Shown one piece after another: positions 61,257 to 64,000 of a stretch of 64,000 bases of DNA. Source of the stretch: Candidatus Freyarchaeum deiterrae (GTDB lineage: Archaea; Asgardarchaeota; Jordiarchaeia; Jordiarchaeales; Jordiarchaeaceae). How positions within the stretch are numbered: the stretch's first letter is position 1; each line of letters opens with the position of its first letter. A program made the translations under genes and the position numbers. Location: assembly GCA_037305845.1 (NCBI GenBank), contig CP147778.1:32001-96000 (forward strand), written 5' to 3'. The notes under the pieces are model-generated. The model did no database searches and was not told the origin of the DNA. It saw only the letters and a program-made list of their open reading frames with translations.

Positions 61257-63143
61257 TCACTTTCGTTTTATGCCTGTTTTTTCTTCGATTGTTCGCAAAG
61301 CTTCTTCCGCCGTCTTTTTAACGATTCCCTCTTTATCCTTTAGGGCTCGGCAGAGTGAGTTTAAGGCCCTGCTGTCTCCTATTTCTCCGAGGGCGAGCGC
61401 TGCTCTGAATCTGATTCTCCAGTGTTTGTCTCTTAGTGCCTTTATTAGTGGCTTCACCGATCTCGGGTCTCTTATTTTGCCTAGGGCTATTGCTGCGTAT
61501 TCACGGACTCCTATGTCCTCGCGTTTTAGCGCCTGTACTAGTGGTTCTACTGCTCTTCTGTCTCCTATTTTGCCTAGGGCTATTGCTGCGTATTCACGGA
61601 CTCCTATGCCTCCGCGTTTTAGCGCCTGTATTAATGGCTTCACCGCCCTGAAGTCTCCTATCTCTCCCAGAACTCTTGCTGCTGTCCTTTGAACCTCTGG
61701 GTCTTTGTGATTTAATGCCTGTATTAATGGTTCTACTGCTCTCTTGTCTCTTATCTCTCCGAGTATTCGCGCTGCTTCTGGGACTGCCCGACTTTTGCTG
61801 TTCAGTGTTTGTATTAGTGGTTCTACTGCGGGTTCTCCCTTTTTTACGAGAACTCGTGATATTTCCTTCCTAGTGGTATGTCCCTCTGCACTTAGTGTAT
61901 TTATGAGCGGTTTTATTGTTTTTTCACTCTTCATCTTTCCGAGTGCAAATGCTGCCGCCCATCGAACATTCTCATGTTGGTCCTTTAGTGCGTGTATAAG
62001 TGGCTCGACCGCTCTTTTGTCTCCTATTTCACCCAGAGCTATTGCTGCTTCCTTTCGAACCTGCTGATTTTCATTTTCTAGCTCTTTTTTCGCGATAGCC
62101 CTTATAACTTGTGGTTCTTTTTGTCCTAGTATTTTTATTAGTGGTTTCACCGCTCTTCTGTTGCCTATTCTACCTAGTCCCCGTGCTGCCCCGGCTCGAA
62201 CAGTCTGCTCCTCTAATGCTTGTATAAGTGGCTCCACCGTTCTTTTGTCTCCTATTTCGCCCAGAGCTATTGCGGCTTCCTTTCGAACCTGCTGATTTTC
62301 ATTTTCTAGCTCTCGTATTATTTTAAACAGTTCTTCGTCTCCGATCTCCCTTGCAAGTTCATCTACCGCGCTTATAACCGCCTGGTTCTCTTCTTTTAGT
62401 ACTTGTATTAGAAGTTCCACCGCTCTTTCGTCCCCTATCTGTCCTAGGGCTTTTGCTGCTTCTTCTCGAATCGCCTGCTCCCTCAGCATCTGCGTTAAGA
62501 GATCTAGTTCTTGCTGCGCCAAATCTGCATTCCATTTCTGCACCAAGGCTAATAATGTGGCTTCCTCCAGAGATTTCCTCTGCTTGCCTTTCAGTATTTG
62601 TAAAAGAGGGTTTACTGCTCTTTCATCCCTTATCTCTCCCAGAGCACGTGCCGCCCATAACCGAACTTTCGGGTCTTGGTGTTTTAGTGCTTGCACTAGC
62701 GGCCCCACAGCTCTTGTATCCCCTATTCTTCCAAGTGCATAAGCCGCACCCGCACTCGGCGAATCTTCGTCTTCTAGTGCCTGAACTAGCGGCTCCACGG
62801 CGCTCACGTCTCCTATCTCGCCTAGAGCTCTTGCTGCTTCCTCCCGAACCCCTATGTCTTGGTGTTTTAGTTCTTGCACTAGTGGTCTCACAGCTCTTTT
62901 GTAGCCTATTTTTCCGAGTGCCCATGCCGCCGCCTCTCGAACAGTCAAATCCTCGTCCCTTAGTGCTTGTATAAGGGGCTCCAAGGCCGTTTTTCCCTCT
63001 ATCTCCCCCAAAGCTAGTGCCGCTTTCCGTCGAACATCGCGATTGCCCTCATACTTTAGGGCCCTTATTAAGCCTTCGACATCTCTATCGGCTTCCAACT
63101 CCTTCAAATTCGGCTCGGATGATTCAAACATTTTCATCATCAC
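61257..63143 (-). CDS. HEAT/PBS-lyase repeat protein
   Basis: Many 31-aa VR..AA.ALG.IGD.RAVEPLI.AL repeats. Confidence 0.93.
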   Translation of the reverse strand: MMMKMFESSEPNLKELEADRDVEGLIRALKYEGNRDVRRKAALALGEIEGKTALEPLIQALRDEDLTVREAAAWALGKIGYKRAVRPLVQELKHQDIGVREEAARALGEIGDVSAVEPLVQALEDEDSPSAGAAYALGRIGDTRAVGPLVQALKHQDPKVRLWAARALGEIRDERAVNPLLQILKGKQRKSLEEATLLALVQKWNADLAQQELDLLTQMLREQAIREEAAKALGQIGDERAVELLIQVLKEENQAVISAVDELAREIGDEELFKIIRELENENQQVRKEAAIALGEIGDKRTVEPLIQALEEQTVRAGAARGLGRIGNRRAVKPLIKILGQKEPQVIRAIAKKELENENQQVRKEAAIALGEIGDKRAVEPLIHALKDQHENVRWAAAFALGKMKSEKTIKPLINTLSAEGHTTRKEISRVLVKKGEPAVEPLIQTLNSKSRAVPEAARILGEIRDKRAVEPLIQALNHKDPEVQRTAARVLGEIGDFRAVKPLIQALKRGGIGVREYAAIALGKIGDRRAVEPLVQALKREDIGVREYAAIALGKIRDPRSVKPLIKALRDKHWRIRFRAALALGEIGDSRALNSLCRALKDKEGIVKKTAEEALRTIEEKTGIKRK

Positions 63144-63666
63144 TCCTCCTTCATGCGCTAGTTAACTCGTGAATAACTAGCGGTTTGTTTGGCCCCAACT
63201 GAGTCCAAGCAAGTTAACTCTTGCAGCAGGGGAGGGGAGAAACAAACAGGTTAACTTCCCCACTCTAAACGCTTTGTCTTGTAATTCCTCGCACTCCTTA
63301 ATAAAGGAAATAAATGCCTCTAAATAAGACTTTTGTTATATATTTAGTATAGTCTGCCTAGTTCTTCCTAAAGGGCAGGTATAATTGTTATTCTATTTGT
63401 AAATTAAAATAAACTATTATTTGTTGAAAGGCTTAAAATAGTATTACATGAAAGGCCCCACGCATACATTTTTTTGGGGGGTTAGGTGGGTAACGATAAC
63501 AAAGTTTTACATGCTCTAATTATTCATTCTTAGAGCCTCTTTCAAATAAGTTTAAACGAGGGGAAATTTAATGTATTTTAACATATCTTTTCGTACAGCA
63601 AAATTGGAAAATGTTGACACTCACTAGCTGAGTGTTTTGAAGACCAATAGGGGCTGCGAAGTTAAA

Positions 63667-64000
63667 ATGATATTTGGTTACATTCTTGAAACGGCTAACG
63701 GCTTACTGATTCATAACAAGTTCTTCAAAATTGATCCCTCTGTGGATATGGATCTCGTAGCGTCTATCTTCAACGCTATCTGCTCTTTCACAAAGACAGT
63801 CCTGAACGAGCCGGTTGAGGAGATACTAACGAAGGGAAACCAAATCGTGGTGGCACACAGCGATAAGGTGATGCTCTTACTCATTTCCCAAACAAACACG
63901 GCTATGGCTAAGCAGCTGACAAAAAAATTCGTGAAAATTTTCTCAAACAAGCTCCAAACGGAAAACACTTTCGTGGTTTGCGATGAACTTCTTATTAAGA
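63667..64000 (+). CDS. Longin-like domain protein (partial, runs off the window)
   Basis: Open frame MIFGYILETANGLLIHNKFF..DMDLVASIFNAICSFTKTVLNEPVEEI..; omitted from the ORF track because it has no stop. Confidence 0.6.
   Translation, partial: MIFGYILETANGLLIHNKFFKIDPSVDMDLVASIFNAICSFTKTVLNEPVEEILTKGNQIVVAHSDKVMLLLISQTNTAMAKQLTKKFVKIFSNKLQTENTFVVCDELLIK

Noticed and set aside
63711-63968. Minus-strand 85-aa ORF and other antisense ORFs over cas, herA and HEAT genes
   Set aside because: Shadows of better-supported genes on the opposite strand
1-64000. Self-targeting spacers, integrase/transposase ORFs, tRNA or rRNA genes
   Set aside because: None recognised by eye; an exhaustive spacer-versus-window alignment was not possible

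Overview
Archaeal CRISPR-Cas and toxin-antitoxin (TA) defence island; a partial longin-like ORF at the right edge suggests an Asgard host (inference). One 37-bp repeat family (CTTGCAAAAG[A/C]AGTTCCTCAGTAACGAGGATTGAAAG) forms two large arrays: 16-866 (cut by the window edge) and 46785-52630 (about 79 repeats). It apparently serves three effector modules and a single cas6: a minimal 4-gene type III (III-F-like) module, a type III-C Cmr module and a type I-B Cascade/Cas3 module with cas4-cas2-cas1. Both Cas10 proteins keep the HD nuclease and lack GGDD, and the only CARF gene is broken. The most striking structure is about 12 solitary repeats or mini-arrays interleaved with about 17 TA modules (VapBC/PIN, MNT-HEPN, HicAB, MazEF-type) and small metabolic genes. 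Many repeats sit in the 3' flank of a co-oriented gene, and one is fused into a coding sequence through a 9-nt microhomology, which suggests a repeat-delimited cassette array. A second candidate system is a wHTH-fused, catalytically dead NurA plus an intact HerA beside the main leader, with a DUF2797 gene leading the cas1-cas2-cas4 operon. All alignments and counts were made by eye.
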